Source: Bacteroidota bacterium (lineage in GTDB: Bacteria; Bacteroidota; Bacteroidia; NS11-12g; UBA955). From it: DNA of 64,000 nt. Below the pieces are notes generated by a model, which worked only from the letters and a program-made list of their open reading frames with translations, was not told the DNA's origin and searched no databases. The position numbers and the translations under genes were made by a program. The DNA lies in contig JAURGZ010000005.1 in NCBI GenBank assembly GCA_030833525.1, positions 253 to 64,252 on the forward strand. Reading direction: 5' to 3'. Positions 10,431 through 19,306 of this stretch are shown here, in pieces (position 1 is the stretch's first letter; each line of letters opens with the position of its first letter).

Positions 10431-11066
10431 ATGAACCGCGTCGAAAATCGTTTCATTGCCGTCATCAGTTTGATTTATGCCGTGGGCATAGCCGGCTTCA
10501 TCATTCCAGCGCTTCGGCCGCTTTTCATATGGCTCACTCCTTACAACATTGCTGGAGCTTTTGCCGTGGCTTGGCTGTTCCACCCCAAATGGAGCGTGGG
10601 CCATGTGGCCGTGCTGGCTCTCATTGGTGTCTTGGGCTTCGCTTTGGAATGGGCCGGTGTGCAAACCGGTCAAATCTTCGGATCTTACTATTACGGAAAA
10701 ACCCTGGGCCCTGGTTGGAACGGCATACCCTATTTGATCGGCTTGAATTGGGCGGCTATGACTTTTTACGTTTCGAGTTTATTGGCCGGACGCAGCAAAC
10801 ACAATGCATTGCTATCGCTCGGCGGCGCCGCCATGATGACCCTCTATGATTTCTTTTTGGAACCGGTGGCCGTTCGATTTGACTTTTGGCATTGGCGTGG
10901 ACCCATACCCATGCAAAATTACATGGCTTGGTTTGTAGCTTCCTTTTTGTTTCTGATGCTATTGTTTTCCAGCAGCAAGCCCAGTCACAACCGCGTAGCT
11001 GGCACCATCTATTTCATACAGCTCCTGTTTTTCATGGCGCTGTTTGCTTGGATTCGATTGTTTTAA
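10431..11066 (+). CDS. Polytopic membrane protein, candidate carotenoid biosynthesis protein of the CruF/Caroten_synth (PF04240-like) family; function inferred
   Basis: ORF 10341..11066; the likely start is MNRVENRF at 10431, since upstream residues are non-hydrophobic. Six to seven TM helices, Trp/Tyr-rich (WHWRGPIPMQNYMAWF). Lies about 5 kb from crtZ-crtI-crtB. Family assignment is from memory of overall architecture, not a motif match. Confidence 0.4.
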   Translation: MNRVENRFIAVISLIYAVGIAGFIIPALRPLFIWLTPYNIAGAFAVAWLFHPKWSVGHVAVLALIGVLGFALEWAGVQTGQIFGSYYYGKTLGPGWNGIPYLIGLNWAAMTFYVSSLLAGRSKHNALLSLGGAAMMTLYDFFLEPVAVRFDFWHWRGPIPMQNYMAWFVASFLFLMLLFSSSKPSHNRVAGTIYFIQLLFFMALFAWIRLF

Positions 11067-12994
11067 ACCTTGGCCATAAAGGCACAGGTATCGTCGTACA
11101 TGCCTTCAACGGCTTCGGCGTAATTTTCCAATACGACTTTTCGCTTCACTTTCAGCGTAATGGTCATCTCACCGCTTTCGATGGTAAAGGGCTCGCGTTT
11201 TACCACGAACTTTTTCAGGCGTTCAAATTTGGCCAAATCGTTGCTGAGCTTCTTGATGTCTTTGGCCAACCAATTCGAAAGTTCGGCGTCATCAATGAAC
11301 ACGGAATCCCCTTTCAAAAGATTCATTTTCTCTGGCTGCTGCTCTGAAATGGCATCTGGAGAAGGAACAACAATGGCTGTCAAATATTCGCGCTTATCCC
11401 CAATGATGAACACCTGGTCAATCTTTTCGCTCTTGAGCAGAACATTCTCGATTTGCGTGGGGTAAATGTTTTTACCCAAAGAAGTCTTGAGCATGTTCTT
11501 CAATCGATCGGTGATTTTCAAATAGCCTTGCTCAAATCGGCCAATATCGCCTGTATGGAACCATCCGTCGGCGTCAAAAACGTGATCGGTTTCTGCCTTA
11601 TTCTGCCAATAGCCCTGCATGACGTTGGGCCCTTTGACCAGAATTTCTCCCTCCTCGCTGCGAAAATCAGGCTGGAAACTATGGTAATCTTGAACCGTGA
11701 TCATCTCCAAGGTCTCGATGTTTTGAATGGCCACCTGCTGACGAGGCGCAACGCGGCCCGTAGTTCCATACACCTGCCGGTGGTATTCATTAACAGTCAC
11801 CAAGGGAGAAGTTTCGGTGAGTCCATATCCCTCTTGAACCCGCAGGCCCAAGTACGAGAAAAATTCTCCCACATGGGGAGGCAATGCGCCCGCACCGCTA
11901 ACAAACAGCTTCAAGCGCCCACCCATCTTAGCCTTGATTTTGGAATAGACCAACTTTTCAGCAATGCCGCGTTGAATGGCCAGACCCAAGCCGGGTGAAC
12001 GACCTTCAATATCGGCTTGGCGAACCTTTTTACCTGTTTCCAATGCCCACCAGAAAATTTTGGCTTTGATTCCCCCACTTTCGGTAGCATTTTTCACCAC
12101 TTTGTCATGCACGCGCTCGAGCAAACGAGGCACGGTCGCCATCAATGTAGGACGCACCTCGGTGATGTTTGCCGCCACCTTGTCTATGTTCTCGGCAAAG
12201 GCCACTTCGGCACCTATATATGTACTCAAATACATGGTAGCCAATCGCTCATACACGTGGCTCAAGGGCAAAAAGCTCAAGTACACGTCATTGGGGCCTA
12301 TGCTGGGCACCAAATCTTTGGCGTCGAAACAGTTGGACATGAAATTCCAATGCGTCAACATGGCGCCTTTGGGGACCCCTGTTGTACCCGAGGTATAAAT
12401 CAAAGTGGCCAAATCTTCTCGGGTTACCGAGGCATAGCGCTCAGCAATAATCGGTTCATGCTGAGCCAAGGATGTACGCCCTAGTTCAAGAGCTCCTTGG
12501 TAATCGTGCACCAAGCCCCCGTTTTCAGAATCGCCGGGCAGGTGCAACACTCCCATCACGGACGGGCATTTATCTTGGACTTTTTGGAACTTTTTCAGCA
12601 AAAACGCGTTGCCCGTAAAGAGCAATTTAGCCCCGCTGTCGTTCAAGATAAAAGCAGTTTCCTCAGCGGTCAGGGTCGTATAAATGGACACGTTAACCAA
12701 GCCCATTTTCTGCAAGGATTGGTCGATCGAATAATACTCAGGGCAGTTGTCCATGCAAAGGGCTACTCGATCACCCTTCTCCAACCCCAGGTGCGTATAA
12801 TATGACGCCAAAGCCTGAACCTCATCTAGAATGCGCTGGTAGGAAATGGACTTCCAAGTTCCTTCCTCTTTGTATTGCAAAAAGGTTGTTTCAGGCGTAT
12901 TCAAAGTGTGCGCAGCATGCTCAAACATCACATGCAACGAGGCAAATCCAGGATCTTGAGCGATGCTGTGGCTAGCGCTAGTTGTGGCAGTCAT
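11063..12994 (-). CDS. Long-chain-fatty-acid--CoA ligase (AMP-binding, FadD-like)
   Basis: IYTSGTTGVPKGAMLTHWN AMP-binding P-loop. YGLTETSPL and the C-terminal ANL domain. The first ATG of the track ORF (13021) lies inside the nifU terminator hairpin, so the start is set at MTATTSASH (12994). Confidence 0.85.
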   Translation of the reverse strand: MTATTSASHSIAQDPGFASLHVMFEHAAHTLNTPETTFLQYKEEGTWKSISYQRILDEVQALASYYTHLGLEKGDRVALCMDNCPEYYSIDQSLQKMGLVNVSIYTTLTAEETAFILNDSGAKLLFTGNAFLLKKFQKVQDKCPSVMGVLHLPGDSENGGLVHDYQGALELGRTSLAQHEPIIAERYASVTREDLATLIYTSGTTGVPKGAMLTHWNFMSNCFDAKDLVPSIGPNDVYLSFLPLSHVYERLATMYLSTYIGAEVAFAENIDKVAANITEVRPTLMATVPRLLERVHDKVVKNATESGGIKAKIFWWALETGKKVRQADIEGRSPGLGLAIQRGIAEKLVYSKIKAKMGGRLKLFVSGAGALPPHVGEFFSYLGLRVQEGYGLTETSPLVTVNEYHRQVYGTTGRVAPRQQVAIQNIETLEMITVQDYHSFQPDFRSEEGEILVKGPNVMQGYWQNKAETDHVFDADGWFHTGDIGRFEQGYLKITDRLKNMLKTSLGKNIYPTQIENVLLKSEKIDQVFIIGDKREYLTAIVVPSPDAISEQQPEKMNLLKGDSVFIDDAELSNWLAKDIKKLSNDLAKFERLKKFVVKREPFTIESGEMTITLKVKRKVVLENYAEAVEGMYDDTCAFMAKV

Positions 12995-13027
12995 AAAACA
13001 AAGATGCGCCAAGGGCCCCAAAATAAA

Positions 13028-13052
13028 AAGAGCGACCCTTGGGTCGCTCTTT
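13028..13052 (-). terminator. Rho-independent terminator downstream of nifU-like gene
   Basis: aaagagcgaccc-ttg-gggtcgctcttt hairpin. On the minus strand it is followed by tttattt. Confidence 0.55.
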
Positions 13053-13072
13053 CAAAAAGCTTCATTTGAGGT

Positions 13073-13648
13073 TTATCCTGCTTCTGCTTCCACAGAAACT
13101 ACTTCGGGAACCATGCGCTTGAGCAAGTTCTCAATACCCGCTTTCAAGGTCATAGTGGAAGAAGGACAACCGCTGCAAGACCCCTTCATTTCCACGGTCA
13201 CAATGCCATCTTTGAACGACTTGAAATCAATGGCCCCACCATCCATTTCGACCGCTGGCTTCACATGATCTTCGAGCAACTGCTTGATTTTGCGTTCAAT
13301 CGCCGTCTCTTCTTCGGGATTCAACACCTTTTTCTCAGCTACAATTTCTTTTCCGTCTTGGATCCATTCGGTGAAAAATCCGCGTAAATCGGGAATCAAG
13401 TCAAACCACTCGTAATCGTTATTCTTGGTAACGCTCACGAAATTGTTCATGATGAATACACCGCGCACAAAAGGCATATCGAATAAGGCCTTGGCCAATG
13501 CGCTGTTGCTGCACTGATCGGCATGGCGAAAATCAGCACTGTCGTTGGGCAACAACATTTTATTGGCCACGAATTTCATGCTTTCGGGGTTGGGAGTCGC
13601 TTCGGCGTAAACCGTTACAACATCTTGCAAATCATGTGACATAGACAT
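13073..13648 (-). CDS. NifU/Nfu family Fe-S cluster assembly protein (two Nfu-type domains)
   Basis: N-terminal MSMSHDLQDVVTVYAEATPNPESMKF (Nfu_N-like). C-terminal GSCSGCPSSTMTLKAGIENLL NifU CxxC motif. The start is moved to 13648 to avoid overlap with the divergent radA. Confidence 0.8.
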   Translation of the reverse strand: MSMSHDLQDVVTVYAEATPNPESMKFVANKMLLPNDSADFRHADQCSNSALAKALFDMPFVRGVFIMNNFVSVTKNNDYEWFDLIPDLRGFFTEWIQDGKEIVAEKKVLNPEEETAIERKIKQLLEDHVKPAVEMDGGAIDFKSFKDGIVTVEMKGSCSGCPSSTMTLKAGIENLLKRMVPEVVSVEAEAG

Positions 13649-13760
13649 CGACTGCAAAATTACGGGCTTTTTGGGCAGAATTGCGTGAAATTCTGGCTCT
13701 AAATCCTGCACAATTTGAACGAATTCTAGCCCAATTTCACGATCTTTGGTCTTCAAGCGT

Positions 13761-15116
13761 ATGGCCAAAACGAAAACTGCTTTTTTCTGCCGTAGTTGCG
13801 GCTACGAAAGCCCGAAATGGGTGGGAAAATGTCCCGGATGTGAGTCTTGGAACAGCTTTGCAGAAGAAATCAAACCCAGCAATCCCGTTCAAGTCTGGAA
13901 ACGCAGCCACGCCAAAACCGTGCAAGCCCGAACCTTGAATGAAATCGAAAGCGAAAAACAAACTCGCTTGCCCCTCCCCGATGCCGAATTGAACCTGGTT
14001 TTGGGGGGTGGTTTGGTACCCGGTGCCGTCATTTTGCTCGGTGGTGAGCCCGGCATTGGCAAGAGCACCTTGCTTTTGCAGATAGCCTTGCAACTCAAAG
14101 CCGAGGTGCTTTACATCAGCGGCGAAGAGAGCGAGACCCAAATTAAAATGAGGGCTGAACGCCTGGGCGCCTTGGAAAGTTCCTGCCGCATTTTGACAGA
14201 AACCCTGTTGGAGAACATTCTCAAATGGCTCGATGCAGAACCACCCGAAGTTCTGGTGATTGATTCCATTCAAACCCTGTATAGCGACAATTTGGAGGCA
14301 ACGCCTGGCAGCGTGAGCCAAATTCGCGAGTGCACGGGCCGATTGCTCCAGTTTGCCAAAGAAACAGGCATACCGGTTTTCTTGGTGGGGCACATCACCA
14401 AAGACGGCAGCATAGCCGGTCCCAAAATTTTGGAACACATGGTTGACACCGTTCTTCAATTTGAAGGCGATCGCCACCACAACTACCGCATACTTCGCAC
14501 CTTGAAAAACCGCTTTGGCAGCACTCAAGAATTGGGCATTTATGAAATGAGCGGCACCGGTTTACGAGGCGTCAAGAACCCTTCTGAAATTTGGCTGTCA
14601 CAGCGGGAAGAAAAGCTCAGCGGCATTGGTATAGCTGCGGTTCTGGAAGGCATTCGCCCATTGTTATTGGAAACCCAAGCCCTGGTGAGTTCAGCCGTAT
14701 ACGGGACCCCTCAACGCTCGGCTACCGGGTTTGATTTACGACGCTTGAACATGTTGCTGGCAGTTCTCGAAAAACGCTGCGGGTTTCGATTGGGCGCCCA
14801 AGATGTTTTCGTGAACCTAGCGGGAGGGCTGCGACTGGAAGACCCTGCCATAGACTTGGCCTTGATGGCTGCTATCATGAGCAGCTATCACAGCGAACCC
14901 ATTCCCGCAGGCTGTGTTTTCTCTGCTGAGGTAGGTTTGTCAGGGGAGGTACGGGCGGTTCAACGGGTCGAGCAACGCATTGTAGAAGCCGAAAAACTGG
15001 GCTTCAGCGACATTGTCATCTCCAAATACAACAAATACCAAAGCGACCCCAAGTGGACCATCAAGATCCACTCCTTTGGGCGCGTTGACGAGGTGTTTTC
15101 CTGGTTGTTCGGTTAA
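13761..15116 (+). CDS. radA: DNA repair protein RadA/Sms
   Basis: N-terminal C4 zinc finger FFCRSCGYESPKWVGKCPGCESWNSF. Walker A GGEPGIGKSTLLLQ. KNRFG motif. Lon-like C-terminal domain. Confidence 0.9.
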   Translation: MAKTKTAFFCRSCGYESPKWVGKCPGCESWNSFAEEIKPSNPVQVWKRSHAKTVQARTLNEIESEKQTRLPLPDAELNLVLGGGLVPGAVILLGGEPGIGKSTLLLQIALQLKAEVLYISGEESETQIKMRAERLGALESSCRILTETLLENILKWLDAEPPEVLVIDSIQTLYSDNLEATPGSVSQIRECTGRLLQFAKETGIPVFLVGHITKDGSIAGPKILEHMVDTVLQFEGDRHHNYRILRTLKNRFGSTQELGIYEMSGTGLRGVKNPSEIWLSQREEKLSGIGIAAVLEGIRPLLLETQALVSSAVYGTPQRSATGFDLRRLNMLLAVLEKRCGFRLGAQDVFVNLAGGLRLEDPAIDLALMAAIMSSYHSEPIPAGCVFSAEVGLSGEVRAVQRVEQRIVEAEKLGFSDIVISKYNKYQSDPKWTIKIHSFGRVDEVFSWLFG

Positions 15117-15961
15117 AAACTGGGCCCGGCCATTCGGCGCTCTTGATACACTGATTTGGCCAGCAGTACCATTTTTTGAGAATTGGGAATGCGAATGCGC
15201 GATTCCAAAATTTGCTGAGCCGTAGTGCGTTCAATCTTTTCGAGCAGCTTCAAGTAATACACGTAAGCCGTGTAAACCCCCAAACGACAACCTACGGGCA
15301 AGGCCACAATTCCCTTGTAGGCGTGCTCAAAATCGCGCTTCACCTCTTGAATGATGGTCCATTTATCTTGATCGCTGAACTGGGTAAAGTCGACCCCTGG
15401 GAAATACACACGACCGCGGTCCTCGACATCGCTTTTGATGTCTCGCAAGAAGTTTACCTTTTGAAACGCCGCACCCAAACTTTGAGCAAAGGGCTTTAGG
15501 CGCTCGTATTCTTCTCGGTTGCCATTGCAAAAGATGCGCAAGCACATCAATCCTACCACTTCTGCGCTGCCATAGATATAGGCATCGTAGCTGCTTCGGT
15601 TGTGCTCGGTAGTGCCCAAGTCCTCTTCCATGCTATTGAAAAAGGGCTCGATCAAATCTTTCTCTATCCCGTATTGGTTGGCGGCCATTTGGAAGGCATG
15701 CAACACCGGATTGGTCGAAATCCCATCTTCAATGGATTGATAGGTCTGTCGCTTGTAATCAGCCAAGAGTCGTTCCTTGTCAAATCCATGAAAAGTATCG
15801 ACCACTTCATCTGCCAAGCGCACAAATCCGTAGGTAGCAAATACAGCCCAGCGGTATTCTTTGGCCAACAGCCGAATGCCCAATGAGAAACTGGTGCTGT
15901 AATTCAGCGCCACGCGTTTGGCGATGGCCTGAGAAGTCTGATCAAACAATAGAATGCTCAT
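15113..15961 (-). CDS. crtB: Phytoene synthase
   Basis: 282 aa. Squalene/phytoene synthase motifs YGFVRLADEVVD and FQKVNFLRDIKSDVEDRGRVYFP. Confidence 0.85.
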   Translation of the reverse strand: MSILLFDQTSQAIAKRVALNYSTSFSLGIRLLAKEYRWAVFATYGFVRLADEVVDTFHGFDKERLLADYKRQTYQSIEDGISTNPVLHAFQMAANQYGIEKDLIEPFFNSMEEDLGTTEHNRSSYDAYIYGSAEVVGLMCLRIFCNGNREEYERLKPFAQSLGAAFQKVNFLRDIKSDVEDRGRVYFPGVDFTQFSDQDKWTIIQEVKRDFEHAYKGIVALPVGCRLGVYTAYVYYLKLLEKIERTTAQQILESRIRIPNSQKMVLLAKSVYQERRMAGPSF

Positions 15962-17423
15962 CTTGAATGCGTTCGGTTACTAATCGAGAACCGATTACCA
16001 CGATGGGCAAACCGGTTCCCGGTACGGTTGAGGCGCCTACGTAATATACGTTGCGCAATTCTTCGTCTTTGTTCGAGGGACGAAATGCCCCGATTTGATT
16101 CAGCCCATGGGCCAAACCCAGACCACTGCCCTTGTACAAGTTGAACATGGATGCCCAATCTTGAGGGGTATAAATGGTTTTGGTTTCTATGTTGCCGGCA
16201 ATGTCGTAATTGACGCGTTGGCCTAGGTCTTCAATGATTCCAGAGGCCAATTTCTCGGCGTCACTCCAATCAGGCTTTACCCGCATGTCAGGCACTGGGC
16301 ACAGAATGAAAAGGTTTTCGCAGCCCTCGGGAGCACAATTGGGGTTGCTCTTGCTGGCTACGTTGACGTAGTAATACGGTTTTTCAGGGGCTACTGAAGA
16401 GCGAAATATGGTGTCGGCATAATCCCTGAAATTATTTCCCAAATAGTAATTGTGGTGATGAATGCCTGGAATCTTGCCTTTTACTCCCAAGTAAATGGTG
16501 AAGGGAGCCAATGTCCATTCCATCGCATCCAATCGCTCTTCGCTGAATTTTTTTCGACCCAAGAACTGACCCCTAAACGCAGCCGCATCGGCATTGATGA
16601 CGTACAAATCAGCGCTGTGCACCTGCCCAGAAGCATCGCGAAGACCGGTCATTTGTTTGCCCGAGTATTCAGCAGCTACTATTTCTGTGTTGTATTGAAT
16701 CTGTACCCCACGTGCAGTCAAAAGTGGCAACATGCCCTCTACAATTTTGTACATCCCACCTTTGACGTTCCAATAACCGTCGTATTGCAGTTCGGTGTAG
16801 TTCAATAAATTATAAACCGAGGGAGTATTGAAAGGCGTAGCACCCAGAAAGAAGGCAACTAGAGAGAAAATGATTTTAACCTCTTCGCTCTCAAAATGGC
16901 GTTCTAGTTCCTGCCAAAATGTGCGAAACATTTTGGGAAGGTGCTTGACAGGCACCTTGGCCAAGCCCAAGAGATAATGCACGATGGAATCGAAGTTCTT
17001 CTTCACAACCCGGTACTCGGTATCGTGAAAAATAGACTGGGCTCCTGCCAAATATTTTCTGGCTTTGGCCTCAAAATCATCTTCGATGCCTTCAAATTCC
17101 TTGGCCAGCTTGCTCAAATCCTTGTGCATTTGAAACACGCGATCTTGACCTGCAATGTTGACCGTGTACAAGGGATTGAGTTCGTTCAATTCAAAAGGAA
17201 TGGGCTCCCCCACGCTTTCAAAGAGTTCCTTGAATTCGTAACTCATGGAGAAAAAACTAGGACCCACGTCGAAGGTGTAACCGTCTTTTTCCAGAATGTG
17301 CAAGCGGCCACCCGCGCGGGGTTGTTTTTCCAGCATGCGCACAGAATAGCCTTTGTGGCTGAGGCGCAACGCGGTTGACAAGGCCCCTAAGCCGGTTCCT
17401 AGAATCAAAACAGACTTAGCCAC
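15942..17423 (-). CDS. crtI: Phytoene desaturase (CrtI family)
   Basis: Rossmann motif VLILGTGLGALSTALRL directly after a GTG at 17423. C-terminal YYVGASTVPGTGLPIVVIGS. AGGAGG lies 4 nt upstream of the GTG. Track ORF over-extended to 17621. Confidence 0.85.
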   Translation of the reverse strand: MAKSVLILGTGLGALSTALRLSHKGYSVRMLEKQPRAGGRLHILEKDGYTFDVGPSFFSMSYEFKELFESVGEPIPFELNELNPLYTVNIAGQDRVFQMHKDLSKLAKEFEGIEDDFEAKARKYLAGAQSIFHDTEYRVVKKNFDSIVHYLLGLAKVPVKHLPKMFRTFWQELERHFESEEVKIIFSLVAFFLGATPFNTPSVYNLLNYTELQYDGYWNVKGGMYKIVEGMLPLLTARGVQIQYNTEIVAAEYSGKQMTGLRDASGQVHSADLYVINADAAAFRGQFLGRKKFSEERLDAMEWTLAPFTIYLGVKGKIPGIHHHNYYLGNNFRDYADTIFRSSVAPEKPYYYVNVASKSNPNCAPEGCENLFILCPVPDMRVKPDWSDAEKLASGIIEDLGQRVNYDIAGNIETKTIYTPQDWASMFNLYKGSGLGLAHGLNQIGAFRPSNKDEELRNVYYVGASTVPGTGLPIVVIGSRLVTERIQDEHSIV

Positions 17424-17862
17424 GGAACCTCCTGAAATATTTCGATGGAACAAAGAGGAACCCAAAGGCTTCGGCTCCATCTTTGGTGTGAACCGCATGG
17501 TGCAAGTGATGCGTAGAACGCATGGCCTTGAAGTAAGGCAACTCGGCTTTCTTGAGAGCTTTAATGCGCTGATGCACGAATACATCGTGGACCAGGAAAT
17601 AAGCGGCGCCGTACATGGCAATGCCTAAACCCGCATAAAATCTCCAGTCAAAGTCAGCAGCACCCACCACGATCAACCAAACCGAAGGAAGGGCGAACAT
17701 GAATCCAAAAAGGTCATTCAATTCCAGCACGCCCTTGCGGGGGCGGTGATGGCTTTCGTGCCAAACCCATAAGAGGCCGTGCATGATGTATTTATGGGTG
17801 AACCACGCCACACCCTCCATGAGGACGAAGAAAATGAGCAGGATGAGTACGTTTAAAAGCAT
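17416..17862 (-). CDS. crtZ: Beta-carotene 3-hydroxylase (CrtZ, fatty acid hydroxylase superfamily)
   Basis: 148 aa. His boxes HKYIMHG, HESHH, HHLHH. Stop overlaps the crtI GTG start by 8 nt. Confidence 0.85.
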   Translation of the reverse strand: MLLNVLILLIFFVLMEGVAWFTHKYIMHGLLWVWHESHHRPRKGVLELNDLFGFMFALPSVWLIVVGAADFDWRFYAGLGIAMYGAAYFLVHDVFVHQRIKALKKAELPYFKAMRSTHHLHHAVHTKDGAEAFGFLFVPSKYFRRFRG

Positions 17863-18025
17863 GTGTGTACGAGTTTTTGATAACCAGTGAAAGCGGCAAA
17901 TGGTTTTGAAATGTTGACGGAATTTTTCAAAAACCTACACAAGAACGTCTTTTTTGTTAAACATTTTCATAGTGCTTGTATAAAAACTGAACATTTCAAG
18001 AGTCGAATCTTCCTAACTTGCATAG

Positions 18026-19033
18026 GTGTTTAGCCAATCGTTACTGCCCTACAACACCTTCGGCCTGGACGTATCAACCGAGGAAATCTACCCCGTTGAG
18101 GATCTCATTTCCTTACACCAATTCTGGATCTCAAGGCGCTGGGAAAACCGCCCATGGCACATCTTAGGCGGGGGAAGCAACGTATTGATAACCGACAACT
18201 TAGCCGGAACCGTATTGCTGAATCGCATACGGGGAAAGCGCGAGATCGCCCGTGAAGGTAATCAAATTTGGATTGAATTCGGAGGGGGTGAAAATTGGCA
18301 CGATGCCGTCATGTGGGCGGTTGAAAAGGGGTATGGCGGGCTGGAAAACATGAGCCTCATTCCCGGCACGGTGGGCGCTGCCCCGATTCAGAACATTGGA
18401 GCCTATGGGGTGGAGTTGAAAGACCATTTTGTGTACTTGGATGCTTTTTGTTGGGAAACAGGCACCCAGGTGCGATTTGAACGCTCAGCCTGCGAGTTTG
18501 GATACCGAGATAGCATTTTCAAGCGCTGGGCCAAGGGAAAGTACTTCATTACCCATATATGCCTTCAGCTGGAACTTCAACCCAAAGTCAACACCCAATA
18601 CGGTGATATCGCCAGCACCCTGCAGAGTTGGGGCATTCAAAATCCCAGCATCGAGGAGGTAAGTCGAGCGGTCATACACATTCGCCAGAGCAAATTGCCT
18701 AACCCGGCCGAACTGGGAAACTGCGGCTCCTTTTTCAAAAACCCCGTCATACCTGAATCCCAGTTTAAAGAATTGCAAGCGCGCATTCCCGAGGCCAAGC
18801 ATTTTCCAGTCGGGGCTGGCTGGGTCAAGGTTCCTGCGGGCTGGCTCATTGAACATGCGGGCTGGAAAGGCCATAGAGCGGGTGCCGTAGGCGTTCACGA
18901 AAAACAAGCCTTGGTGCTGGTCAACTACGGTGGAGCCCAAGGAAAAGAGGTCATTGCCTTGGCCCAAAAAATACAAGCCGACATTCTGCAGCGCTACGGC
19001 ATCGAACTGGAGATGGAAGTCAACGCCTGGTAG
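18026..19033 (+). CDS. murB: UDP-N-acetylenolpyruvoylglucosamine reductase
   Basis: 335 aa. LLPYNTFGL N-terminus and GGGSNVL FAD-binding motif; C-terminal MurB domain. Confidence 0.85.
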   Translation: MFSQSLLPYNTFGLDVSTEEIYPVEDLISLHQFWISRRWENRPWHILGGGSNVLITDNLAGTVLLNRIRGKREIAREGNQIWIEFGGGENWHDAVMWAVEKGYGGLENMSLIPGTVGAAPIQNIGAYGVELKDHFVYLDAFCWETGTQVRFERSACEFGYRDSIFKRWAKGKYFITHICLQLELQPKVNTQYGDIASTLQSWGIQNPSIEEVSRAVIHIRQSKLPNPAELGNCGSFFKNPVIPESQFKELQARIPEAKHFPVGAGWVKVPAGWLIEHAGWKGHRAGAVGVHEKQALVLVNYGGAQGKEVIALAQKIQADILQRYGIELEMEVNAW

Positions 19034-19306
19034 CACTCCCGACAAGCGATGGCTGTTCAGGGAAAACTCAGCACCGCTACAGTCAATCCCAGGCCGTTTA
19101 GCTGTCCAGAAATTCCATGCTGGCAGTCAGTCTGTCAACGCCTAACATTACCCTGTGTATGCAAAGCCTGCGCAGGGCAGGCCGTCTGCGACCGAACGCT
19201 GCTCCCCTCAGCTGATGGTGGTCTTTCCCAAACGCAAGGTCCTCTTGGCATTTACGCCGCCACCTGGCCTTTGGCGCAAAAGCCAAGCATCCCTTACCTT
19301 TGGAAC

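Noticed and set aside
19049-19306. Cys-rich N-terminal extension of the 19049..21268 ORF (CPEIPCWQSVCQRLTLPCVCKACAGQAVC)
   Set aside because: A proper signal peptide begins at the internal Met at 19307. The extension has no hydrophobic core and overlaps ORFs in other frames. Treated as 5-prime UTR.
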